From Candidatus Saccharimonadia bacterium (lineage in GTDB: Bacteria > Patescibacteriota > Saccharimonadia > Saccharimonadales > JALRHH01): a stretch of 64,000 nucleotides of DNA. The stretch lies in NCBI GenBank assembly GCA_023253175.1, contig JALRHH010000002.1:199-64198 (forward strand), written 5' to 3'. The stretch's first letter is position 1. Each line of letters begins with the position of its first letter. The notes beneath the pieces were generated by a model. The model was not told the origin of the DNA. It saw only the letters and a program-made list of their open reading frames with translations, and made no database searches. Made by a program: the position numbers and the translations under genes. Positions 31,425-39,847 of the stretch are shown here, in pieces.

Positions 31425-32855
31425 TTAGCGACGAGCTAATACGATACGGTGTGCGATGGCACCAGCTACGCTAATGGCAGCAAAGAGACCAATCACGCTA
31501 CCGACACCAGTGTTTGGCAGAACGGTAGGAGTTTCAGGTGTCGTAGGAGTTACAGGAGTACCGTTTTGGTAAATTACCTTGGCAGTACATGTAGCTGACT
31601 TAACCTGATCATTTACCATAAAGTTTACTGTCGCAACGACGTTGTATTCACCGTCCTTTGCGTACGTGTGGTCAACACCAGTTACCTTGTCGGTAACCAT
31701 TGGAGTTGTACCATCACCCCAGTCGTAGCTAACATTCTTGAACGTAGCACCACCGGTAACAGTGTACTTCAGGTTATCGACAGTAATCTGGCGACCAGCC
31801 TTCTTAGTAATATTGAGTAAGTCACATTTGTAAGTAGGAACGTTTGCACATTCCTTGTTAACTGTAACGATAGAGTTGTTGTTGTACTCACCAGTCTGGT
31901 CAGTATCTACAACAGCAATGTTCTTGAACGCGTTAGCGCCACAAGCAAGCTTGTCGGCAGTAGGTGTCGTTGCAATAAATGTAAAGAACACTGTTGCACC
32001 AGGACCCATGCTACCTGCACTCACACCACCCTTAAATAGGTAGTCATTGTTAATCGTAACACCGCTTGGGTTTGGACCGTTAAATAGCTTAACAGTACCA
32101 GGAACGAATGTTAGACCAGCAGGCAGTGCGTCACGCACCATTACGTTACTAAGTGTGTCATTACCGAGGTTCTTAACAGTGATGAGGTATTCAAGACGAG
32201 CATTTGGCTGAGCTGAAAGGTTAACAGCAGCCGCATCGTTGGTACCAGCAGCACGAACCTTCTTGGTAATTGAAACACTTGGAATCTTTACACGAGCCAT
32301 GAATGAAACAGTCGCTTCAAACTCATGACAAGGCTTAACATTTTCTAGAACAGTACCATTAAGAATGATGCTGTCGTTGATTTTTTCAGAAGTCTTCTGA
32401 ATGTTTTCACGAGTACCGGTGTTGTGTGTCCAGTACACGCTACCAGGGATGAACTCAAGACGAGCGTCAGCACGGTCAAGATTTACAGTTGCTGTATCAG
32501 TAACCGTATTAGTGTTACTTCCCTTGATAGTAACCTTTACTACCTGGCTTGTGCCAGCAGCAGTAGGCATGTCAACTTTGATTTTTAGATCTTCCGCAAC
32601 TTTATTAGAGTCAGGAAGTTGTCGGTTGTGGTAGTACACAGAGAACTTAACTACTTCGTCGTACTTAGCATTAGTACTTGGCTTGTAGGTAGTCTCACCC
32701 TTAGTCTGGTTAGCAACGCCGATTGAACCTTCAATCGTAACGTCGGCAGCCAAAACAGAGTTAATTGGCAGCGCAACGAGCGCGAAGAATGCAAATAATG
32801 CAATCATCGCACGCTTTGGGGCTGCAGCAATTTTTGAAAAAACTTTCATAATCAC
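31425..32855 (-). CDS. Sortase-anchored surface protein (DUF11/isopeptide pilin-like + PKD domains)
   Basis: Signal peptide; SITKKV...YLITVKNLG...VRDALPAGLTFVPG; YDWGDG..HTY; LPNTG + TM + ARR tail. Confidence 0.88.
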   Translation of the reverse strand: MIMKVFSKIAAAPKRAMIALFAFFALVALPINSVLAADVTIEGSIGVANQTKGETTYKPSTNAKYDEVVKFSVYYHNRQLPDSNKVAEDLKIKVDMPTAAGTSQVVKVTIKGSNTNTVTDTATVNLDRADARLEFIPGSVYWTHNTGTRENIQKTSEKINDSIILNGTVLENVKPCHEFEATVSFMARVKIPSVSITKKVRAAGTNDAAAVNLSAQPNARLEYLITVKNLGNDTLSNVMVRDALPAGLTFVPGTVKLFNGPNPSGVTINNDYLFKGGVSAGSMGPGATVFFTFIATTPTADKLACGANAFKNIAVVDTDQTGEYNNNSIVTVNKECANVPTYKCDLLNITKKAGRQITVDNLKYTVTGGATFKNVSYDWGDGTTPMVTDKVTGVDHTYAKDGEYNVVATVNFMVNDQVKSATCTAKVIYQNGTPVTPTTPETPTVLPNTGVGSVIGLFAAISVAGAIAHRIVLARR

Positions 32856-33272
32856 TCCTTATAGTAATTGGTCCCACCCTCTTACTTAACGCCACATCAC
32901 TGTGGCAGCTTATGGTTTCGCGATTGGCTCTTTAGCTTGTTAACGAACTCCTCCCGGAAGAGTACACAAATCGAATCATTTCAATATACATGGGTGAAGC
33001 AGAGGGAACGAGTTTAGACAAAAGATTAGGTAGGTGTCATGTGACAACTAAACTCTCTTGAATGCTCAGTTCCCGCTGCTTTTTGCAGATACTTCACCCA
33101 TAAAGGTACTTCTATACTTACATAAAAAACCACGTGGGTCCCCGACACAGAGTGCGGCAGCGTGTGCTGTCACTCTTTGCAATTGAATGCAGTGCCGGGG
33201 ACCCGTCTTACGATCCGTTATGTCTGTATACACAGACGATTCATCTCCCGAAGGAAATGAACACGGATCTGG

Positions 33273-34379
33273 TCAGCAGTTCCCGGGTCCCAGGGGGCAC
33301 GGGGGGCTGTCGGTGTGGGTCGTGTCGTCGCCACCGTGAGTGGTGTCCGAAGGACCTTCAGCCGGACCAGCGCCGCCGTCACCGGGGGAACCCACGCCGG
33401 ACTGACCGTTGTCGTCAGGAGTCCTGACGGGGTCGTCGTCCTTGGGCGGAGTACCACTGGTGCCGCCGGTGGGGCCCTGCGGGTGGTTCTTGACCGGGTC
33501 CTTGTAGGGACTGCCGTTGCCACCGCTGCCGCCGGGGTCGTTCTGACCCTTGGGCTTGAGGCAGCCGGTCGGGCTGTCGACGGTACCGGGCGGGCACTTC
33601 TCCGGCGGCGGAGGCGTGCAGTTGTGCTTGCAGCCACCGCTCGGGGTGTCACCGGGTCGATCCGGCTTGGGAGGCAGGAACTGCGGGTTGACGCAGCCAC
33701 CACGAACGAGAGCCACGCGGAGCTCGATCTTGGCGGCGTCCTTGGACGATGCCTTCTCGACCTCCTTGCAGTCGTCGGGGTTGATGAGCACCCAGCCGAG
33801 GTCGCCCTTGGCGTTGCTGCGGGTGCCCACCTGCTTGACCTCGCCGTCGGAGTAGGCGGTGTTGCCCTCCCACTTCGACTTGACGAGCATCTGGAACCCG
33901 ACCCAGTTGGTGGGATCGAGCGCCTGCTCCTTGGTCACGCCCGCCGCGTCGATGCTGTGCTGCAGCACCTCCTGGGCGGCCGAGTCGTCGGTCGCGAGGA
34001 ACTCCGTCAGGTCCTTGGCAGTCGTCGCCGACGCGCCAAAGTTGCCGGTGCCCTCCTCGGTCGCCTCCTTCAGAGACAGATCGAAGTTGGCCTCGCCGAC
34101 GACGAACTCCTTCTTCTTGAACCCCTGCTTCAGCAAGAGGTTCTCGACGGCGGCGTCCGGGTTCTCGCACATCTGCGAGACGAGGACCACCGTGGAGTCG
34201 TCGTTGGCGGCAGCCCCAGCGCTCCTGTTGTCGAAGATGACGCTGGAACCCCAGATCGCGGCGATCACGACGACGAGAGCGACGACGAGCACCAGACGCT
34301 TTCTGGACTTGAGGTACTGCATGACCTTCGCGCGCCGACCGGTAACCGGGGGCATGGAAGCGGTGTCATGACTGGTCAT
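33273..34379 (-). CDS. High-GC membrane-anchored secreted protein with a Pro/Gly/Cys-rich tail
   Basis: 368 aa with an AGGAAGGAG RBS and an N-terminal TM helix. Sampled lines are 40/60 G+C, with almost only G/C in third codon positions. Confidence 0.85.
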   Translation of the reverse strand: MTSHDTASMPPVTGRRAKVMQYLKSRKRLVLVVALVVVIAAIWGSSVIFDNRSAGAAANDDSTVVLVSQMCENPDAAVENLLLKQGFKKKEFVVGEANFDLSLKEATEEGTGNFGASATTAKDLTEFLATDDSAAQEVLQHSIDAAGVTKEQALDPTNWVGFQMLVKSKWEGNTAYSDGEVKQVGTRSNAKGDLGWVLINPDDCKEVEKASSKDAAKIELRVALVRGGCVNPQFLPPKPDRPGDTPSGGCKHNCTPPPPEKCPPGTVDSPTGCLKPKGQNDPGGSGGNGSPYKDPVKNHPQGPTGGTSGTPPKDDDPVRTPDDNGQSGVGSPGDGGAGPAEGPSDTTHGGDDTTHTDSPPCPLGPGNC

Positions 34380-34832
34380 GATTTTCTCCTTCCTGGGAGA
34401 AATGTAGAGTTACGCACAGAGTAGCGCGCAGCTGTGTAATCTCCCATTCAGGGACAGCACGCTGATGACAATATATTGACATCACCAGAGTGCTATCCCT
34501 GATGTGGAATGAGAAAGTAAGTACAAAATGTAGAAGTATCTGCTTCTGCAAGGGAGTCTCTGGAGTAGAACTACTCAACAGATACTGCAACCAATGCAGA
34601 CTATCCAGCACCAGAAAACAAGCCATCTAATACTAGTTAGCCTGCACTGGGTAACAGTTCCATGCAGAAGAGATGTATTTCAAAATGATTCGACTTGTTA
34701 ATGTACCCACCACTTAAGGGCTCCGGGACAAAACGAACAGCAAAACAGTTAAGCTAAAATACTTACTGTTTTCACCTCTGTTAACGTCCAGTTACGGGCT
34801 AAGACCTCACACCCATAAGCAAGGATACTTAC

Positions 34833-34861
34833 ATATTATCACAAAACGCTTAAATTGTCAA
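34833..34861 (-). promoter_or_regulatory. Sigma70-type promoter of the high-GC gene
   Basis: TTGACA-17 nt-TAATAT, about 450 nt upstream of the ATG. Confidence 0.6.
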
Positions 34862-34933
34862 TATATACCATAAGCTTTTTTGTTATTAATCAATAGTTGT
34901 TCACCTCTGATACGGAGTGGTGGGATTATCCGG

Positions 34934-37123
34934 CTACGCTTGAGCTGGCTCGTCGACCTTGAGTTTATCTTTTGCGAAGCTAAATCCAAAGGTACTTCCC
35001 TTGCCGACTTTACTTTCGAATATTAGTGCGCCCCCCTGGGCGACAATAACTTTCTTGGCCATAAAGAGTCCAAGACCCGTTCCATCCGGACGAGCCTTCT
35101 GCGCATTCTTAGCCCGGAAGAACTTGTTGAACAGATTATGCTGCTCTGACTCTGGGACACCAATACCGTTGTCTTTGACCCTGAACTCTACTGATTTGTC
35201 ATTTTCCGTCAAAGAAATATCAATCTTGCCGCCTGCTGGCGTGTAGTAGATCGCATTATCAACAAAGTTCATAATCACCTGCCGGATCTTGGTCTCATCT
35301 AACATAAGCGTAGGGAAGCTATCCGGCTGATTATATGTCAATGTCATATTCTTACCAGCCGCAGTCTCCCGGAGTTGCTGCACCTCACCCGCAATCACAT
35401 CTGACAAGTTAGTAGGCAGTGCGTCGATCACAAATTTACCTGTCTTGAGGCGAGAAAGGTTCAAAAGATCAGCAATCAAAAACACCATTCGTTGGCTACT
35501 GATAAACGACTGTTCCAGCAGTTTCTTTTGCATATCGGTTATCGGACCAGCATCGCCTTCTAGTACCATCGATACATAACCTTTGACAGAGGTGAGCGGG
35601 GTACGTAGCTGGTGAGAAGCCATACTAATAAACTCATCCTTTGTCTCATCCATGGCCTTCAACTTATCATTGGCTTTCTTTAATCGCTTCGTCGCATCAT
35701 TTACTTTTTGCTGCAATGTAACGTTAAAGTTCTCGATCTCTTCGAACCTTAGGCCATTCTGGACTGCGATTACCAATTCACCTGAAATTATCTTAATTAC
35801 GTCGACGTCCTGCTTATTGTAAGGATTCCCTGACTTCTTGTATCCAAGAGCAAGGTAGCCGACGCCTTCTGTATCAATTCCATAATCAGTAACGAGCCTT
35901 GAAATTAATGCAATATCATACTTACGCATCAGCTTCCTAAGGGCGCTCTGCTCCTCTAAATCTTCAGCAACTAGAATTTTTTGACTTGAGTCTGCAATAG
36001 TATCTGCAACAATCATTAAGTCCTCAATGCTCAGCTGTCGGCTATCAACACCGAGCATACGAGGGCTGGAATACTCTGTACTCCTAAGGTAGAACAATAC
36101 TGATGTAGATTTAATATAACTATTGATAATTCCGGCACTGTCTCTAAGTAGCTTTTCTACGTCCACATTAGCGACTACAGCCTTGTTTATGTCGTTAAGA
36201 AACGTCTGCGCATCGTACGCATCACGATAAAACAACTTATCAGAAACCCTATTAAACGTACGCTTTACGGGACCGTAAGATACGGCCGCGAATATCACAA
36301 GTATGACATTCGTAAGCGTACGCCAGTTCTCGTTGCCGGATCCGTTAAACAGATACTTTGAGGCCTCAAATGATATAAGGGCATATATGGTTAAAATAAG
36401 ACCAAGCGTAAACACATAGGCCAATGATCGAACCACGACCAACCTGAGATCAAATAACCTGTGTTTAAACACGGCGTAGTACATTCCGCCGACAAAAGCC
36501 GCCATTGGCACAATACCTATATTGGTAAGCCCAAACCAGCCCGTTGCCACAGGAAGTATGAAAAGCATTAAAACCAGCAGAGGCAGAGAGTAGGCAAAAC
36601 TGCGGTAGATAGTCTTTAGTCTTGTTTTTTGGGCGCCCTTACTGCGTTTAATATTCTTCTTTAAGACCACAAATATTGCAGCAATCATTGACACTAAAAA
36701 TACAAAATACACAGGCAAACCGGCCCCAAATTCAACTGCATAGACATTGTCCTGGAGATGGACTCCCGCAGGCACAAGTGCGGTAAACGACATTAAGCCT
36801 ACCAGAAAAATAGGCACATAGAGTGCCTTGAATATTTTTCTGGCCCTTTCGTCCTGAACCAGGCTAATGGTGAAGTGAAGCAGGTTAACTGCAGTAAAAT
36901 AACTAAAGAAGAAGACAAAATAATTAGCCTTGAGCGCTGTCTCGGGAGAGCGGCCTATGTCATTGCTTATATAGTTAGCAATGATCCACACAGCAACAGA
37001 TGCAGCCAAAGCAGCGAAAGTAATGCTTGTAACTGACTTTGCCTTCTGTACCAAAACGGCTGCCGAAAGTACGATCAATGCGACAATAATTATAAGATCA
37101 ATTATTAGGTATACATCCAGCAT
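34934..37123 (-). CDS. Sensor histidine kinase with an N-terminal multi-TM (HisKA_7TM-like) region and a GAF-like domain
   Basis: About 9 TM helices; H-box SMASHQLRTPL; N-box NFVDNAIYY; G boxes DNGIG and GTGLGL. Confidence 0.93.
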   Translation of the reverse strand: MLDVYLIIDLIIIVALIVLSAAVLVQKAKSVTSITFAALAASVAVWIIANYISNDIGRSPETALKANYFVFFFSYFTAVNLLHFTISLVQDERARKIFKALYVPIFLVGLMSFTALVPAGVHLQDNVYAVEFGAGLPVYFVFLVSMIAAIFVVLKKNIKRSKGAQKTRLKTIYRSFAYSLPLLVLMLFILPVATGWFGLTNIGIVPMAAFVGGMYYAVFKHRLFDLRLVVVRSLAYVFTLGLILTIYALISFEASKYLFNGSGNENWRTLTNVILVIFAAVSYGPVKRTFNRVSDKLFYRDAYDAQTFLNDINKAVVANVDVEKLLRDSAGIINSYIKSTSVLFYLRSTEYSSPRMLGVDSRQLSIEDLMIVADTIADSSQKILVAEDLEEQSALRKLMRKYDIALISRLVTDYGIDTEGVGYLALGYKKSGNPYNKQDVDVIKIISGELVIAVQNGLRFEEIENFNVTLQQKVNDATKRLKKANDKLKAMDETKDEFISMASHQLRTPLTSVKGYVSMVLEGDAGPITDMQKKLLEQSFISSQRMVFLIADLLNLSRLKTGKFVIDALPTNLSDVIAGEVQQLRETAAGKNMTLTYNQPDSFPTLMLDETKIRQVIMNFVDNAIYYTPAGGKIDISLTENDKSVEFRVKDNGIGVPESEQHNLFNKFFRAKNAQKARPDGTGLGLFMAKKVIVAQGGALIFESKVGKGSTFGFSFAKDKLKVDEPAQA

Positions 37124-37174
37124 ATACCTAATATTCTACTATTGCTCACATAATCGCAAGACGGTTATGGTAAA

Positions 37175-38104
37175 TTACACGCCCTTCCGACGATCTCTGT
37201 CGGCCTTTGTGAAGCTGGCGCTGGAATTAATACCAAGCTTTTCTCGAATCATCATAGTGCCAAGTCGACGATAAAATGCGGTGCGAGGCATCCTAATAAC
37301 TCCACTCTCAAGGGTCATCGAGTCCATAAAGCCAAAGCGTGGAGCCCAAATTGGATCTTTGCGATGATTCTTCACGTCCTTAGTCATGTGCAAAAATGCC
37401 TGAGACGAACCTAAGGCAGAGGCAACATCAACACCCTGAGATATTGATGGAAGTGGCGCATCCTCATCATTGGCAACCGCCTCTAAGGTGCGCATATCAG
37501 CATATGAAGGCAGACTTGGTAAGCACCGGCTTATGTCCAGCTTAAGATCCTTAACCTCATCAATTGGCATATCCTTCGGGATTCCCATCATAGTCCTGAA
37601 AGAATGTCGTCCCTCTGGATGAAAAGAAGTAATCTGCGCAGCAAACCCGACGTTCATAATGAAAACATCAGGAATACTACGACGGCGTGCTTCATCGGAA
37701 ACCATTGTTCCAAGATCAAGGTGCGTTAACTCGGTCTCGTCAAAAACGAGCGTAGAACGGCTCATGAACTCCTGGACGTTATCTTCGGTGATACCATCGG
37801 TATAGACACGAACTTTTGCCTCAGGGTTGATCTCATGGACCATATCACGAAATACTTCGGCCTTATTTTGTCCAAGAGTTTTATTAGTTGCACCAGGAAC
37901 ACGGTTAATGTTTTCTGCCTCAAAAACCTCTGGGTCAGCGATATCAAATGACTGGACGCCCATTCGTGCAAGCTTTTGACCAAGCTGGAAACCATCGCCA
38001 CCAACACCTGCAATAGCTACGGATGCATTCATAATAGCTTGTTGTTCCGCCTCATTCCAAAAACCATAGTTACGGGCAAATTCGGGACTATTAACAGAAT
38101 TCAT
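37175..38104 (-). CDS. ThiF/MoeB-family adenylyltransferase
   Basis: FARNYG, IAGVGGDG, IADPEVFEAENINR and NKAEV. No CxxC zinc motifs. Confidence 0.9.
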   Translation of the reverse strand: MNSVNSPEFARNYGFWNEAEQQAIMNASVAIAGVGGDGFQLGQKLARMGVQSFDIADPEVFEAENINRVPGATNKTLGQNKAEVFRDMVHEINPEAKVRVYTDGITEDNVQEFMSRSTLVFDETELTHLDLGTMVSDEARRRSIPDVFIMNVGFAAQITSFHPEGRHSFRTMMGIPKDMPIDEVKDLKLDISRCLPSLPSYADMRTLEAVANDEDAPLPSISQGVDVASALGSSQAFLHMTKDVKNHRKDPIWAPRFGFMDSMTLESGVIRMPRTAFYRRLGTMMIREKLGINSSASFTKADRDRRKGV

Positions 38105-38133
38105 AATTACCTACCTTTAATTTAACCGAGTTG

Positions 38134-38922
38134 TTACGCGGCAGTCCTATTAATGTCGGTATTTAGGCTAAAGTGTTCTATATTCTGTTCTGTTGCACGA
38201 ATCCGGTTAACTGCTTGATCACTATCAAAACCAAGACCCTTAGCCATAGCAGGCACATCTACTGAGATACCAAGATTGTCAGCTGCATACTCTGGCACAA
38301 ACTTAGGATCAGCAATGCGCTCTAGCGGCACACCAAGACCACTCTTCAAGTAACGCTCGACAGTCGGCTCAACAACACCAAATGTCGGAACAAGGCCATG
38401 AGCAGTAATATGAGCTACTACTTTCTTGAATAATGGAGCGCTCATCTGCGCCTGAACCCTTGGGTTTTCATGGCGTGCAATGTACCGAGAGACCTCTGTT
38501 GAACCTATAGGAAGTGGGTTATCAGTAAATTTTTCTGGGAAAAATTCTTCAATAGGAAGTGGTCGTGGATCCATCGCGCGCTTCTCGATAGTACGAATAC
38601 TACCAACAACCCTCGCAAGACCCTCGCCTTCCTTTGACCTCTCAAGAAGAGCCCAGTGAGTAGAGCGAACATCGTCATTATCAACCTCAGTACCATCCTC
38701 ACGCACATCTGAATGAGGAATCATCTGAGTCTGGTATGCATACACGTTCGCACGAAGCTTAAGGTATCCGTCATGTTCTTGTTCGCGGCCAGGCAAAATC
38801 TGGTCACCAACAGCGATCATACCAACAGCAAAGTTTGTCTCTGGGCGCTGGTTAATAAACCAGGTACTTTCTACCGTTGGGATAACCATCTCGTTCGAAA
38901 TTGTGAGGTCGATCTTTGACAT
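38134..38922 (-). CDS. LuxI/FeeM-like GNAT N-acyltransferase (N-acyl amino acid/autoinducer synthase-like)
   Basis: LRANVY...EVDNDD.RSTH...VVGSIR...PLPIE...TEVSRY follow the LuxI/FeeM motif order. Confidence 0.78.
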   Translation of the reverse strand: MSKIDLTISNEMVIPTVESTWFINQRPETNFAVGMIAVGDQILPGREQEHDGYLKLRANVYAYQTQMIPHSDVREDGTEVDNDDVRSTHWALLERSKEGEGLARVVGSIRTIEKRAMDPRPLPIEEFFPEKFTDNPLPIGSTEVSRYIARHENPRVQAQMSAPLFKKVVAHITAHGLVPTFGVVEPTVERYLKSGLGVPLERIADPKFVPEYAADNLGISVDVPAMAKGLGFDSDQAVNRIRATEQNIEHFSLNTDINRTAA

Positions 38923-38941
38923 TGGATTCCTTAATTATTAC

Positions 38942-38993
38942 TAAAATAAAAACGACATGACTGTTAGGCCTTTTGGGCTGTCAGTCATGTCGT
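38942..38993 (-). terminator. Leader hairpin plus U-tract upstream of the acyltransferase
   Basis: 12-bp arms ACGACATGACTG / CAGTCATGTCGT, followed by TTTTATTTT on the minus strand. Confidence 0.65.
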
Positions 38994-39016
38994 AGTCTTG
39001 TAAAGAACTGTTTGCT

Positions 39017-39044
39017 ATTATACGCTTTTTTGCATATTTGTCAA
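39017..39044 (-). promoter_or_regulatory. Consensus sigma70 promoter of the acyltransferase-ThiF-kinase operon
   Basis: TTGACA-16 nt-TATAAT. Confidence 0.7.
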
Positions 39045-39270
39045 TATACTTTTGTAAATACATAATTGCTTATGATAATAAAAAGACACCGGACATAGCA
39101 AAGCGCCATATCTAGTGTCTAATTGTGCTGCAAAAGTACTATCTTAGTTGTACTCCTTATACTCCTCCAAGTCAACAAAGATTTGTTAGTCTTCTATTTT
39201 AAAGTTATATAGAACTAATTGATACAAGTTTAATATATAATCCTTTTACGGATAGCTAAATGGATGTAAC

Positions 39271-39792
39271 ATGAAAACGAAGAATCTTCTTGGCGATAGT
39301 AAAAGCAAAACTTTTGGTAACAAAACCAATGAGGCGACCAGCAGGCAAACGGTAGTGGCGGTCATATTCGACCCTTCATCAGATACATATCTTTGTCAAT
39401 ACTGGGAAGAATACAGTGGACTTACGTGTCTATTATCGGGAGGTATAGAAGATGATGAAGACAGCTATGAGGCTCTAAGAAGAGAAATTCGTGAAGAAAC
39501 TGGCTACATCGACTTCGATATTATAGGCATCCTTGGAGGCACCCTAAACACTTATTACGTGAAAGGCTCGACAGGAGAAAGCCTTGTCAAACACATAACC
39601 CCCTACCTTGTTCGGTTAAACTCATCTCGACAAATAGAAACTACTAAAGAAGAAGATGAAAGATTTGAGAACCTTTTCCTAGACCACAAGAATATTAATG
39701 AATTGATGACAAAATATGAAAAAAATAGCGGATCGACTCTTGCTGATCATAAAGAAATTTTATCAAGGGCGGTTAGGTATTTAAACCAATAA
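39271..39792 (+). CDS. NUDIX hydrolase
   Basis: Nudix box SGGIEDDEDSYEALRREIREETG. Confidence 0.85.
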   Translation: MKTKNLLGDSKSKTFGNKTNEATSRQTVVAVIFDPSSDTYLCQYWEEYSGLTCLLSGGIEDDEDSYEALRREIREETGYIDFDIIGILGGTLNTYYVKGSTGESLVKHITPYLVRLNSSRQIETTKEEDERFENLFLDHKNINELMTKYEKNSGSTLADHKEILSRAVRYLNQ

Positions 39793-39847
39793 TTGACATA
39801 TATTGATTTGTGTTTTATAGTTTTCCTAATTTAACATAGGTTGAGCC

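Noticed and set aside
33315..34424. 369-aa plus-strand ORF and other long overlapping frames in the high-GC gene
   Set aside because: These are shadow ORFs caused by extreme GC3. The minus-strand frame has the RBS, TM segment and coherent codon bias.
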